Made by a program: the position numbers and the translations under genes. Shown piece after piece: positions 10,485 through 18,616 of a stretch of DNA of 28,529 nt. This stretch comes from Desulfovibrionaceae bacterium. Its GTDB lineage: Bacteria > Desulfobacterota > Desulfovibrionia > Desulfovibrionales > Desulfovibrionaceae. The stretch covers positions 1 through 28,529 of the forward strand of contig JBFWIY010000001.1 of the NCBI GenBank assembly GCA_050255855.1, read 5' to 3'. Within the stretch, counting starts at the first letter, position 1, and the number at the start of each line of letters is the position of its first letter. The notes below the pieces were generated by a model. That model did not search any database and had not been told where the DNA came from. It worked only from the letters and a program-made list of their open reading frames with translations.

Positions 10485-11944
10485 CGCCGGTTCTCCTCCA
10501 GGGCCTGGCTCATGACCTCCACGTCGTTGAAATGGCGGCGTTCGTCGCCGATCTGCTGGTAGGTCTCGTGCCCTTTGCCCGCGATGAGCAGCACGTCGCC
10601 GGGCTGCATGAGGCGCGCGGCCAGGGCCAGGGCCGCGGCGCGGTCGGGCTCGATGTGCGTCTCGGGGCAGCCGGCCAGACCGGGGGCCGCGTCCTCGATG
10701 ATCTTCAGGGGCGGCTCGTGGCGAGGGTTGTCCGAGGTGAGGATGGCCACGTCGGCGTGCTTGGCCACGGACGCGGCCATGAGCGGGCGTTTGGCGCGGT
10801 CGCGGTTGCCGCCGCACCCGAACACGGTGATGAGCCGGGCCGGGTTGAGTTCGCGCAGGGCGGTCTGGACCTTGTCCAGGGCGTCCGGGGTGTGGGCGTA
10901 GTCCACGAAGATGTCCAGGCCGAAGGGGTTCACCACGCGCTCCAGGCGGCCGGGCACCCCGGTGAAGTCGGCGAGCTTCCGGAGCTCGCGCTGGGGCAGG
11001 CCCAGGCCCAGGGCCGCGGCCTGGGCGGCCAGCAGGTTCTGGGCGTTGTGGGCCCCCACCAGGTGGGTGTCCAGGTCCCAGGAGCGGCCTCCCCAGGTCA
11101 TGCGCAGGGTCATGCCCGCCACGGAGTGGCGCAGGATCTCGCCGCGCAGGGCGGCCACGCCGTCCGGGGCCGGGGTCAGGCCGTAGCCCACCGCGCCGGG
11201 GAGCATGTCCAGCAGGCGGCGGCCCGCCGGGTCGTCGTAGTTGATGACGGCCAGCTTGTCCGGGGCCGGGCACTCGGTGAAGAGCCGCGCCTTGGCCCGG
11301 AAATAGGTCTCCATGTCGTGGTGGTAGTCCAGGTGGTCCTGGGAGAGGTTGGTGAAGACCGCGGCGTCGAAGCGCAGCCCGGCCACGCGGTGCTGGTCCA
11401 GGGCGTGGGAGCTGACCTCCATGACCGCGGCGTCCACCTCGCTGCGCTCCATGTTGGCGAGCAGCTCGTGCAGGGTCCAGCAGTCCGGGGTGGTGAGCCG
11501 GGCGTCCAGGCTGAAGCCGGGCCAGCGGTAGGCCACGGTGCCCATGAGCCCGGTCTTGAGCCCGCCCGCGGTGAGCAGGTGCTCCAGGAGGTAGGCCGTG
11601 GTGGTCTTGCCGTTGGTGCCGGTGACGCCCACCAGCCGGAGCTTCAGGTTTTTGGTGTGGAAGAAGGCCGCGGCCAGGTCGCCCAGGGCCAGGGCGGGCC
11701 GGGAGTGGGGCACGTGCTTGGCGCGGTGCTCCTCGGGCAGGGCCTCGGCCGGTTCGGCCGTGACCACGTATCCGGCCCCGCGGGCCAGGGCGTCGGGGAT
11801 GAACCGGGCCCCATCGACGGCCGCGCCCGGCACGGCCACGAAGACCTCGCCGGGCTGCACCGAACGGGAGTCCGTGCGCACCATGAGGCCTTGGCCCACC
11901 TTTTCGAGAAGCGCCTCCCAGGCGCTGCGTTCCTGCGTATCCAC
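10481..11944 (-). CDS. murE: UDP-MurNAc-dipeptide--meso-DAP ligase MurE (about 487 aa)
   Basis: DSR, GVTGTNGKTTT, TTPD, MEVSSH, NLSQDHLDYH, GRLE, DYAHTPD, CGGNRD, SDNPR (DNPR indicates meso-DAP specificity), AGKGHE. Start set at GTG 11944 because the longer ORF (to 11989) overlaps ftsI. Confidence 0.96.
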   Translation of the reverse strand: MDTQERSAWEALLEKVGQGLMVRTDSRSVQPGEVFVAVPGAAVDGARFIPDALARGAGYVVTAEPAEALPEEHRAKHVPHSRPALALGDLAAAFFHTKNLKLRLVGVTGTNGKTTTAYLLEHLLTAGGLKTGLMGTVAYRWPGFSLDARLTTPDCWTLHELLANMERSEVDAAVMEVSSHALDQHRVAGLRFDAAVFTNLSQDHLDYHHDMETYFRAKARLFTECPAPDKLAVINYDDPAGRRLLDMLPGAVGYGLTPAPDGVAALRGEILRHSVAGMTLRMTWGGRSWDLDTHLVGAHNAQNLLAAQAAALGLGLPQRELRKLADFTGVPGRLERVVNPFGLDIFVDYAHTPDALDKVQTALRELNPARLITVFGCGGNRDRAKRPLMAASVAKHADVAILTSDNPRHEPPLKIIEDAAPGLAGCPETHIEPDRAAALALAARLMQPGDVLLIAGKGHETYQQIGDERRHFNDVEVMSQALEENRR

Positions 11945-11963
11945 TCGCTTTTTCCGCCTTGTG

Positions 11964-13961
11964 CTAAGAGACCCAGAGAATAAAAACATGGTCCTCTCCC
12001 TGTTGGGGGTCTCCGGGCTCGGGCCAGGGCTGTCCCGCGGGGGGCTGCTGGCCCACCACCTGAGCGCCCTGCCCCTTGACCTGGGGCACGATGCCCTTGG
12101 CGGCCAGGGCCTCCAGGGCGCGACGCAGGGTCAGGCCCGACACGTTGGGCACGGTGTCGCCCGCGCGCTTGACCGGGGCCGGGGCGTCCAGGCCCGGCAG
12201 GGTCAGGGCGGCGTCGGCCGTCTCCGGGGTGGCGGCGTCGGCCGTTTCCGGGGCCGCGGCCGCCGGGGCGGCGTTGTCCGCCAGCTTGGCGGCGTCGGGG
12301 AGTTCGCCCCAGTAGGCCAGGGTGTTGACGGCGATCTCGCGCACCACCGGGGCGGCCACCTTGCCGCCCGCGTTGACGCCCTCGGGCTCGTCCACCATGA
12401 CCAGGACCAGGAGCTGGGGCTGGTCCGCGGGCAGCAGGCCCACGAAGGAGGAGAGGTACTTGTCGCCGTAGCCGCCCTGCTTGCTGGCCTTCTGGGCGGT
12501 GCCGGTCTTGCCCGCCACGGCCAGGCCGTTGATGCGCGCCAGCCGGCCGGTGCCGTCCATCTCCACCACCTCGCGCATCATGGCCAGCACCCGGGCGGTG
12601 GTCTCGGGGCTGAAGATGCGCTCCTCGGGGGCGGGCTCGTCCTGGCCGCGCACCAGGCGCAGGGGGCGCTTCAGGCCGCCGTCGGCCAGGGTCAGGTAGG
12701 CCTGGGCCATCTGTAGGGCGGTGACGCCGACGCCCTGGCCGAAGGAGCAGGCGGCCAGGTCGAAGTCGCTCCACTCGGACACCGGGCGCAGCACGCCCGA
12801 GGCCTCGGAGGGCACGCCCGCGTCCGTGGCCCGGCCGAAGCCCAGGCGGGTCAGGTAGCCGGCGTAGCGGTTCGCGCCCAGGGCCTGGCCGATCTTGGCC
12901 GCGCCGATGTTGCTGGAGTAGCGCAGCACCTGGTTGACCGAGAGCCAGCCGTAGGGGTGGTGGTCGCTGATGACGCCCTTGCCCACGCGGTAGCGGCCCA
13001 TCTCGCAGTCCACGATCTCCTCGGGGTGCAGGGCGTTCTCCTGGAGGGCCGAGGCCATGAGCAGGGGCTTCATGGTGGAGCCGGGCTCCAGGATGTCCAG
13101 GGCGGCGCGGTCGCGGCGCTGCAGCGCGGTGGAGGTGCGGTAGGCGTTGGGGTTGAAGAAGGGGCAGTTGGCCAGGGCCAGGACCTCGCCCGTGGGCACG
13201 TCCACCACCAGGGCCAGGCCGAAGTGGGCCTTGTACTCGCCCACCACCCCGGCCAGGGCCTGCTCGGCCAGGGCCTGGATGTGGGCGTCGATGGTCAGGG
13301 TCAGGTCGCGGCCGTCCACGTCGTATTCGCGGCCCTCGGGGTCCATGGCCAGGCGTCGGCCCGCGGCGTCGCGCTGGGCCACCACCTCGGCGGTGCCCCC
13401 GGCCAGGGTCTTCTCAAAGGCCCGCTCCAGACCCTCCAGGCCCGCGCCGTCCACGCCCACGAAGCCCAGGAGCTGTCCGGCCAGGTGGCCCTTGGGATAG
13501 AGCCGGGTGTACTCGCTCACCAGCTGCACGCCGGGCACCGCGGCCTCGCGGATGGCCAGGGCCTCGCGGTCCGTGATCTGGCGCTTGACCCAGACGAACT
13601 TGCGGTGGTCGCGCACCAGCTTGCCCACCTCGCCGCGCTTCAGGCCCAGGACCTCGGAGAGCAGGGTGGCGGCGCGCTCGGGCTCGGTGGCGTCGTCGGG
13701 GCGCAGGGCCACGCTCTTGGCCTCCACGCTGGTGGCCAGGAGCTGGCCGTTGCGGTCCAGGATCCGGCCGCGCTGGCCCACCACGAGCTCGCGCACCTGG
13801 CTCTGGCGGGAGGCCATGGCCTGGAGGTGCGGGCCCTGGACGAGCTGGATGTATCCGGCCCGGGTCCACAGGGCGAGCCAAAGCAGGGCGAACACGGCGC
13901 CCATGAAGGCCAGCTTGGCCTTGCCCAGGGACGGCTTGCGGCGCTCCCGTTCGGCTTTCAT
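11964..13961 (-). CDS. ftsI: Class B penicillin-binding protein FtsI/PBP3 with C-terminal PASTA domain (665 aa)
   Basis: N-terminal TM helix, RGRILDRNG, R.YPKG, G.EGLE, catalytic motifs EPGSTMK (SxxK), SSN and KTGT; Ala/Pro linker, then VPNVSGLTLRRA PASTA-like repeat; GGAGGG RBS. Confidence 0.96.
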   Translation of the reverse strand: MKAERERRKPSLGKAKLAFMGAVFALLWLALWTRAGYIQLVQGPHLQAMASRQSQVRELVVGQRGRILDRNGQLLATSVEAKSVALRPDDATEPERAATLLSEVLGLKRGEVGKLVRDHRKFVWVKRQITDREALAIREAAVPGVQLVSEYTRLYPKGHLAGQLLGFVGVDGAGLEGLERAFEKTLAGGTAEVVAQRDAAGRRLAMDPEGREYDVDGRDLTLTIDAHIQALAEQALAGVVGEYKAHFGLALVVDVPTGEVLALANCPFFNPNAYRTSTALQRRDRAALDILEPGSTMKPLLMASALQENALHPEEIVDCEMGRYRVGKGVISDHHPYGWLSVNQVLRYSSNIGAAKIGQALGANRYAGYLTRLGFGRATDAGVPSEASGVLRPVSEWSDFDLAACSFGQGVGVTALQMAQAYLTLADGGLKRPLRLVRGQDEPAPEERIFSPETTARVLAMMREVVEMDGTGRLARINGLAVAGKTGTAQKASKQGGYGDKYLSSFVGLLPADQPQLLVLVMVDEPEGVNAGGKVAAPVVREIAVNTLAYWGELPDAAKLADNAAPAAAAPETADAATPETADAALTLPGLDAPAPVKRAGDTVPNVSGLTLRRALEALAAKGIVPQVKGQGAQVVGQQPPAGQPWPEPGDPQQGEDHVFILWVS
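12207..12253. repeat. Imperfect 23-bp direct repeat (24-bp period) in the ftsI linker
   Basis: GGCGGCGTCGGCCGTCTCCGGGG (12207-12229) and GGCGGCGTCGGCCGTTTCCGGGG (12231-12253), one mismatch; encodes PETADAA twice. Confidence 0.9.
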
Positions 13962-13998
13962 GCTCTGCTCCCTCCGAAGATCTCCGGTCCCGTCCCGG

Positions 13999-14280
13999 TC
14001 ATGGGGCGGCGGGCCGCCTGATTTGTCCCGGCTGGGCCGGGCGCAGTCCGAACTGTTTGGCGAGCCGTCCCAGCTCGCCCGGGGAGAGCAGGCTGTCCCG
14101 CTCCACCTCCAGCTTGGCCACGAGTTCGCGCTTTTCCGCCAGCTCGTGCTCCAGGCGCTCGATGCCGTAGGCCAGGTCCGTGCGCTCGATGTTCACCCAG
14201 ACCTGGGCCAGCCGCAGGGCCAGGGCCACGCTCACGCCCAGGGTCATGGCCCAGAACCAGCGGCGGGAGGGCGCGCTCAT
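13999..14280 (-). CDS. ftsL: Cell division protein FtsL-like (93 aa)
   Basis: Last 93 codons of ORF 13999..15306, with ATG overlapping the rsmH stop. Short N-terminus, hydrophobic segment, VWVNIER.DLAY, heptad coiled coil, L.P..L...A...GL; canonical position between rsmH and ftsI. Confidence 0.85.
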   Translation of the reverse strand: MSAPSRRWFWAMTLGVSVALALRLAQVWVNIERTDLAYGIERLEHELAEKRELVAKLEVERDSLLSPGELGRLAKQFGLRPAQPGQIRRPAAP

Positions 14281-15263
14281 GCCGCCTCGCCCCCGTCGTC
14301 CAGCCCGGCCGTCGCGCCGAGCCGCTCGGCCACGCGCAGCTTGGCGCTGCGGCTGCGCGGGTTGGCCGCCTGCTCCGCCTCGCCGGGGAGCTGCGGCTTC
14401 TTGGTCAGCACCCGGGCCAGGGCCCGGCCCCGGCAGGTGCACTGCATCTGCCGCGGCGGGCAGATGCAGTCCTTGGCCCACTCCCGGAAGGCCCGCTTGA
14501 CCATGCGGTCCTCCAGGGAGTGGAAGGAAATGATGGCCAGGCGCGCCCCGGGGGCCAGGCGTTCCGGGATGCGCGCCAGAAAGGTCTCCAGCTCGTCCAC
14601 CTCGTGGTTCACGGCGATGCGCAGGGCCATGAAGGTGCGCGTGGCCGGGTGGTTGCGGGCCTGGCGGCGGCGCTGGGGCGGGTAGGCCAGGTTCACGGTC
14701 TCGGCCAGCTGGGCCGTGGTCTCGAAGGGGACCTGCTCGCGGCGTTTGACGATGGCCCGGGCGATCTTGCCGGCCAGGGGCTCGTCGCCGTAGTCGCGGA
14801 TGATGCGCTTGAGCTCCTCGGCCCCGGCGTGGTTCACCACCCGGCTGGCCGGGGGCAGGCCGCCCTCGGGGTCCATGCGCATGTCCAGGGGCCCGTCGCC
14901 CAGGAAGCTGAAGCCGCGCTCGCGCCGGTCCAGCTGGAGGGACGAGACGCCCAGGTCCAGCACGGCCCCGTCCACCTCGGCCCAGCCGAGCTCGTCCAGG
15001 ACGGCCTCGAAGGTGCTGAAGGCGGAGTGGCGCAGCACGGCCCGGTCCCCGAAGGGGGCCAGGCGTTCGGCCGCGTGGGCCAGGGCCTCGGGGTCGCGGT
15101 CCAGGCCGAGCACGGTGCAGCGGGGATCGGCCCGGAGGATGGCCTCGGTATGGCCGCCCAGGCCCAGGGTTCCGTCGATATAGCGGCCGCCCGGCTTCGG
15201 TTGGAGCCACCCGACCACTTCGTCCCGCAGGACCGTGGTGTGGATGTCGCATGCTTGGGGCAT
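14277..15263 (-). CDS. rsmH: 16S rRNA m4C1402 methyltransferase RsmH (MraW), 328 aa
   Basis: H..VL, DGTLGLGGH, DRD, DLGVSSLQLD...RGFSF, PLDMRMD, HPATRTFMALRIAVN, ISFHSLEDR, NPRSRSAKLR. Confidence 0.98.
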   Translation of the reverse strand: MPQACDIHTTVLRDEVVGWLQPKPGGRYIDGTLGLGGHTEAILRADPRCTVLGLDRDPEALAHAAERLAPFGDRAVLRHSAFSTFEAVLDELGWAEVDGAVLDLGVSSLQLDRRERGFSFLGDGPLDMRMDPEGGLPPASRVVNHAGAEELKRIIRDYGDEPLAGKIARAIVKRREQVPFETTAQLAETVNLAYPPQRRRQARNHPATRTFMALRIAVNHEVDELETFLARIPERLAPGARLAIISFHSLEDRMVKRAFREWAKDCICPPRQMQCTCRGRALARVLTKKPQLPGEAEQAANPRSRSAKLRVAERLGATAGLDDGGEAA

Positions 15264-15274
15264 GGCGGCCTGTC

Positions 15275-15730
15275 CTAGAACGGCAGCTGAACGCCGTAGT
15301 CAGCAAGCACCTGCGATACGTCGAGAACCAGTCCGAGCATGTCCTCGAACTCGGTGGCGGCCCAGATCACGAAGCGCCGGACCACGCCGAAGACCACCAC
15401 GTCCTTGTCCAGGCGGCCGGACTTGCGCAGGTGGGTGGGGAGCTGGATGCGGCCCTGGCCGTCCAGGGTCACCTCCACATACCCGGAAAAGAGGATGCGC
15501 TTCATGAGCTGGAGGTCTCGGCTGGGGGTTTTGACCTTGGCCAGTTCCTGCTCCAGGGCGGACCATTGCTCCGGGCTCATGCCCACCACGTGCTTCTCGA
15601 AAAGGGTCAGCACGATGCGTCCCTCCGCGCCGTCCGGCGTCTCGGCCAGAACGGTGTCGCGGAAGTCCGGCGGCAGCATCAGACGCCCCTTGGGGTCGAT
15701 ACTGCGGTGAGCGTGTCCCTGAAACTTCAT
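15275..15730 (-). CDS. mraZ: Division/cell wall cluster transcriptional repressor MraZ (151 aa)
   Basis: MKFQG...SIDPKGRLMLP and a second repeat LDGQGRIQLPTHLR (two DxxGR AbrB-like repeats); first gene of the dcw operon; AGGA RBS. Confidence 0.96.
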   Translation of the reverse strand: MKFQGHAHRSIDPKGRLMLPPDFRDTVLAETPDGAEGRIVLTLFEKHVVGMSPEQWSALEQELAKVKTPSRDLQLMKRILFSGYVEVTLDGQGRIQLPTHLRKSGRLDKDVVVFGVVRRFVIWAATEFEDMLGLVLDVSQVLADYGVQLPF

Positions 15731-15833
15731 GGCTGTCCTGTCCCGGCCGCTCCCCGGCCGGGCGCCCGTTTCCGGGTCGATTTGCGGGCCATTGCGGGGT
15801 GTTGCGTTGGGGAGGGCCCGATCCCCCCGCCTT

Positions 15834-15900
15834 CCACCTGGCCGTCCATTGCTCCCACCGGACAGCCCCTTTTTACCACTTGATTACCCCGTTTCACCAC
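15834..15900 (-). promoter_or_regulatory. Putative MraZ operator: phased G(T/G)GG(T) direct repeats
   Basis: Minus-strand GTGGTG (15895-15900), GGGGTA (15885-15890), GTGGTA (15874-15879) and GGGGCT (15864-15869), continuing as GTGG at 15855-15858 and 15834-15837. Spacing of 10-11 bp upstream of mraZ resembles known GTGG-core MraZ boxes. Confidence 0.65.
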
Positions 15901-15922
15901 CCCTGCGCGAATTTCAAGGATT

Positions 15923-15928
15923 TGTCAA
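15923..15928 (-). promoter_or_regulatory. Perfect sigma70 -35 hexamer (TTGACA) facing the dcw operon
   Basis: Plus-strand TGTCAA in the AT-richer patch next to the repeat array. No consensus -10 at 17 bp (CAGGGG), so the promoter call is weak. Confidence 0.35.
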
Positions 15929-15941
15929 CAGCAAATACTCG

Positions 15942-15970
15942 TTTCAATCGGTGGCGTTTACGGCTACAAG
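15942..15970 (+). promoter_or_regulatory. Possible sigma70 promoter for pyk
   Basis: TTTCAA-N17-TACAAG, about 140 bp upstream of the pyk ATG; partial consensus only. Confidence 0.25.
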
Positions 15971-16108
15971 AAAGCAGAGATCGGGGTCCCGGACGGGGGC
16001 GGACGGCGTGAAAACGCCCTCCGGACCGACGGGAGCCCACCATCGCTCACGCCGGTCCCGCCGGCCCGGCGCGGCGGTCCAACGTCAACACGGGAGCGAG
16101 CCTTCGCC

Positions 16109-17527
16109 ATGCATACCAAGATCATCGCCACCCTCGGCCCGGCCACCATGAACCGGGACGCCGTCCGCGACCTGGCCCAGGCCGGGGCGCGCATCTTCCG
16201 CCTCAACTTCTCCCACGGCACCCGGGACACCTTCGCGGACCTGGTGAAGATCATCCGCGAGGTGGGCCAGGAGCTGGGCTCCACCCTGACCATCATGCAG
16301 GACCTCTCCGGCCCCAAGATCCGCACCTGCGACCTGGGGCGCGGCACCCTGGAGGCCAGCAAGGGCGACCTGGTGCTGCTGGGCGTGCCCGGCAGCGAGG
16401 AGGGCCACGACGACGAGCCCATCATCTGCCTGGACCAGCCCGACATCCTGCGCACGCTCCTGGTGGGCGACGCCGTGGCGCTCTCCGACGGCATGCTGCG
16501 CTTCAAGGTGGTGGAGCGCCTGAGCGACCACCTGGTGCGCATGGAGGCCGAAAACGCGGGCATGGCCCCGCCGCGCAAGGGCATCGCCTTCCCGGGCAAG
16601 TCCACCACCCTGGAGGCCATCACCGCCAAGGACCGCGCCGACCTCAAGGTGGGCATGGAGCTCGGGGTGGACGTGGTGGCCGTGAGCTACGTGCAGCGCG
16701 CCGACGACATCGTGCGGCTCAAGGCCCTGATGCGCGAGAACGGGCGGCTGCTGCCCATCGTGGCCAAGCTGGAGCGCCCGGCGGCCATCGAGAACCTCTC
16801 CGCCATCATCCAGGAGTCCGACGCCGTCATGGTGGCGCGCGGGGACCTGGGCCTGGAGTGCGACCTGCCGAGCCTGCCGCCCATCCAGAAGCGCATCATC
16901 CAGGCCTGCAACGCCGCGGCCAAGCCGGTCATCGTGGCCACCCAGATGCTGCTCTCCATGGTCTCCAGCCCCATGCCCACCCGGGCCGAGACCACGGACG
17001 TGGCCAACGCCATCCTGGACGGGGCGGACTGCATCATGCTCTCCGAGGAGACGGCCATCGGCCGCTACCCCACCGAGACCGTGCGCTACATGAGCCGCAT
17101 CGCCGAACAGGCCGAGGGCTTCCTCTTCGAGAGCCGCGAGGGCCCCAAGCCCCCCGAGGACCAGCAGTCCCCGGCCAAGTTCCTGGCCTACGCCGCCTGC
17201 CTCCTGGCCGAAAAGACCCGCGCCCGGGCCATCGTCTGCCACTCCACCTCGGGCTCCACGGCGCGCACCCTGTCCGCCTGCCGCCCGCGCCAGATGATCC
17301 ACGCCCTGAGCCCGGTGGAGAACGTGCGCCGCTTCACCAACCTGTCCTGGGGCGTGCGCCCGGCCACGCCGTCCAGCAACGAGACCAACCATCAGGAGCG
17401 CGCCGAACGCTTCGTCATCGAGAGCCCCTGGTTCTCGCCCGGCGACACGGTCATCCTGGCCGCGGGCCAGCCGCGCAAGGATCAGGTCAACACCCAGACC
17501 AACGTGGTCAAGATCTTCGAGAAGTAG
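16109..17527 (+). CDS. pyk: Pyruvate kinase (472 aa)
   Basis: TKIIATLGP, RLNFSHG, DLSGPKIRT, AKLE, MVARGDLG.E, VATQML.SM, PTRAE.TDVANAILDG.D.IMLS.ETA.G. Confidence 0.98.
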   Translation: MHTKIIATLGPATMNRDAVRDLAQAGARIFRLNFSHGTRDTFADLVKIIREVGQELGSTLTIMQDLSGPKIRTCDLGRGTLEASKGDLVLLGVPGSEEGHDDEPIICLDQPDILRTLLVGDAVALSDGMLRFKVVERLSDHLVRMEAENAGMAPPRKGIAFPGKSTTLEAITAKDRADLKVGMELGVDVVAVSYVQRADDIVRLKALMRENGRLLPIVAKLERPAAIENLSAIIQESDAVMVARGDLGLECDLPSLPPIQKRIIQACNAAAKPVIVATQMLLSMVSSPMPTRAETTDVANAILDGADCIMLSEETAIGRYPTETVRYMSRIAEQAEGFLFESREGPKPPEDQQSPAKFLAYAACLLAEKTRARAIVCHSTSGSTARTLSACRPRQMIHALSPVENVRRFTNLSWGVRPATPSSNETNHQERAERFVIESPWFSPGDTVILAAGQPRKDQVNTQTNVVKIFEK

Positions 17528-17531
17528 AGCC

Positions 17532-18554
17532 ATGGCCAAACCCAAGCACGACGTCCCGGACGGGCTGAACGAGGAATACTACCAGATCGGCTCGGACATC
17601 CTCGGCAGCTTCAACAAGTACCGCCCGCCCTTGGATATCTTCCTGTTCAAGGAGGACGTCTCGCGGGTCATGCCCTACTATAGGAAAGGGGGGCGGCTCT
17701 CCAACGAGCAGGTGGAGGAGCTGGCCGCCCTGGTGGAGGAGGGGGTGGTCTTCGTGTCCCGAAACGACCACCCCGTGTACGTCAAGCACATCAGCTACCA
17801 GCTCGACCTGGTGCTGGTGGACAAGAACCTCAAGGAATCCGAGATCGCGGACATCTTCCAGCAGGCCCTGACCCGGCGCGCCGGGGAGTTCTTCGACCAG
17901 CCGGTGAAGCCGGTCTACGACAAGCTCTACGTGGACCTCATGGTGCTCACCGAATACCTCTTCGAGGACCCCAACCGGGTCCGGGCCCTGCTCAAGCGTC
18001 TGCACGCCGAGCACTCCCTGGCCAACCACGCCTTCAACACCCTGGTCGCCGGGCTGGGGCTGTTCGTGGCCCGCAACAAGACCAATTTCGAGGAGGGCGG
18101 GGTCAAGCGCAAATACTTCGACAACGTGGCCGTGGGCCTGACCATCCACGACCTGGGCATGACCAAGATCCCGCCCTTTGTGCGCGACAAGACCAAGCCG
18201 CTGACCACCGAGGAGCGCGGCAAGATCCTCCAGCACCCCAAGCTGGGCAACGAGATGCTCATCAAGTTCGACGCCAAGTTCCCCGAGGTGGAGGAATGCG
18301 TGCTCGACCACCACGAGCGCCTCACCGGCCAGGGCTATCCCCAGAAGAAGAAGGGCGAGGAGGTGGGCAAGGTGGCCCGGCTCTGCGCCGTGGTGGACTC
18401 CTTCTGCGCCATGACCGTCAAGCGGCCCTACGCCGAGGCCATGGACCAGTCCGCGGCCGCCGCGGCCCTGGGCTCGGACCCGGGCTACGATTCCGACGTG
18501 ACCGGGGACCTCAAGCTCATGGTCATGGAGATGAAGGGGCTCATCAAGCGCTGA
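17532..18554 (+). CDS. HD-GYP domain protein, putative cyclic dinucleotide phosphodiesterase (340 aa)
   Basis: NHA, IHDLGMTKIP, KPLT.EE...I.QHP..G, DHHERL.GQGYP, RLCAVVDSF.AM...RPY; starts 4 bp after pyk. Confidence 0.9.
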   Translation: MAKPKHDVPDGLNEEYYQIGSDILGSFNKYRPPLDIFLFKEDVSRVMPYYRKGGRLSNEQVEELAALVEEGVVFVSRNDHPVYVKHISYQLDLVLVDKNLKESEIADIFQQALTRRAGEFFDQPVKPVYDKLYVDLMVLTEYLFEDPNRVRALLKRLHAEHSLANHAFNTLVAGLGLFVARNKTNFEEGGVKRKYFDNVAVGLTIHDLGMTKIPPFVRDKTKPLTTEERGKILQHPKLGNEMLIKFDAKFPEVEECVLDHHERLTGQGYPQKKKGEEVGKVARLCAVVDSFCAMTVKRPYAEAMDQSAAAAALGSDPGYDSDVTGDLKLMVMEMKGLIKR

Positions 18555-18616
18555 CGTCGGGCGCTGGCCCGGGCTCGGTCCCGGCCGCCGCCGTCCCGTT
18601 CAACCCCGGACCCGCC

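Noticed and set aside
15823-15900. Repeat array considered as a CRISPR, iteron or DnaA-box cluster
   Set aside because: The cores are only 4-6 bp with no spacers of CRISPR length, no cas or rep gene nearby and no TTATCCACA match. The position before mraZ explains it better.
15911-15950. AT-richer patch with TCAA/TTTG...CAAA half-sites, considered as an FNR/CRP/Rex box
   Set aside because: No adequate match to TTGAT-N4-ATCAA, TGTGA-N6-TCACA or TTGTGAA-N4-TTCACAA.
15971-16108. Possible riboswitch or sRNA in the pyk leader (several short GGACCG/CGGTCC complements)
   Set aside because: The pairings are short, expected at this GC content, and match no RNA family I recognise. An Infernal/Rfam scan would settle it.
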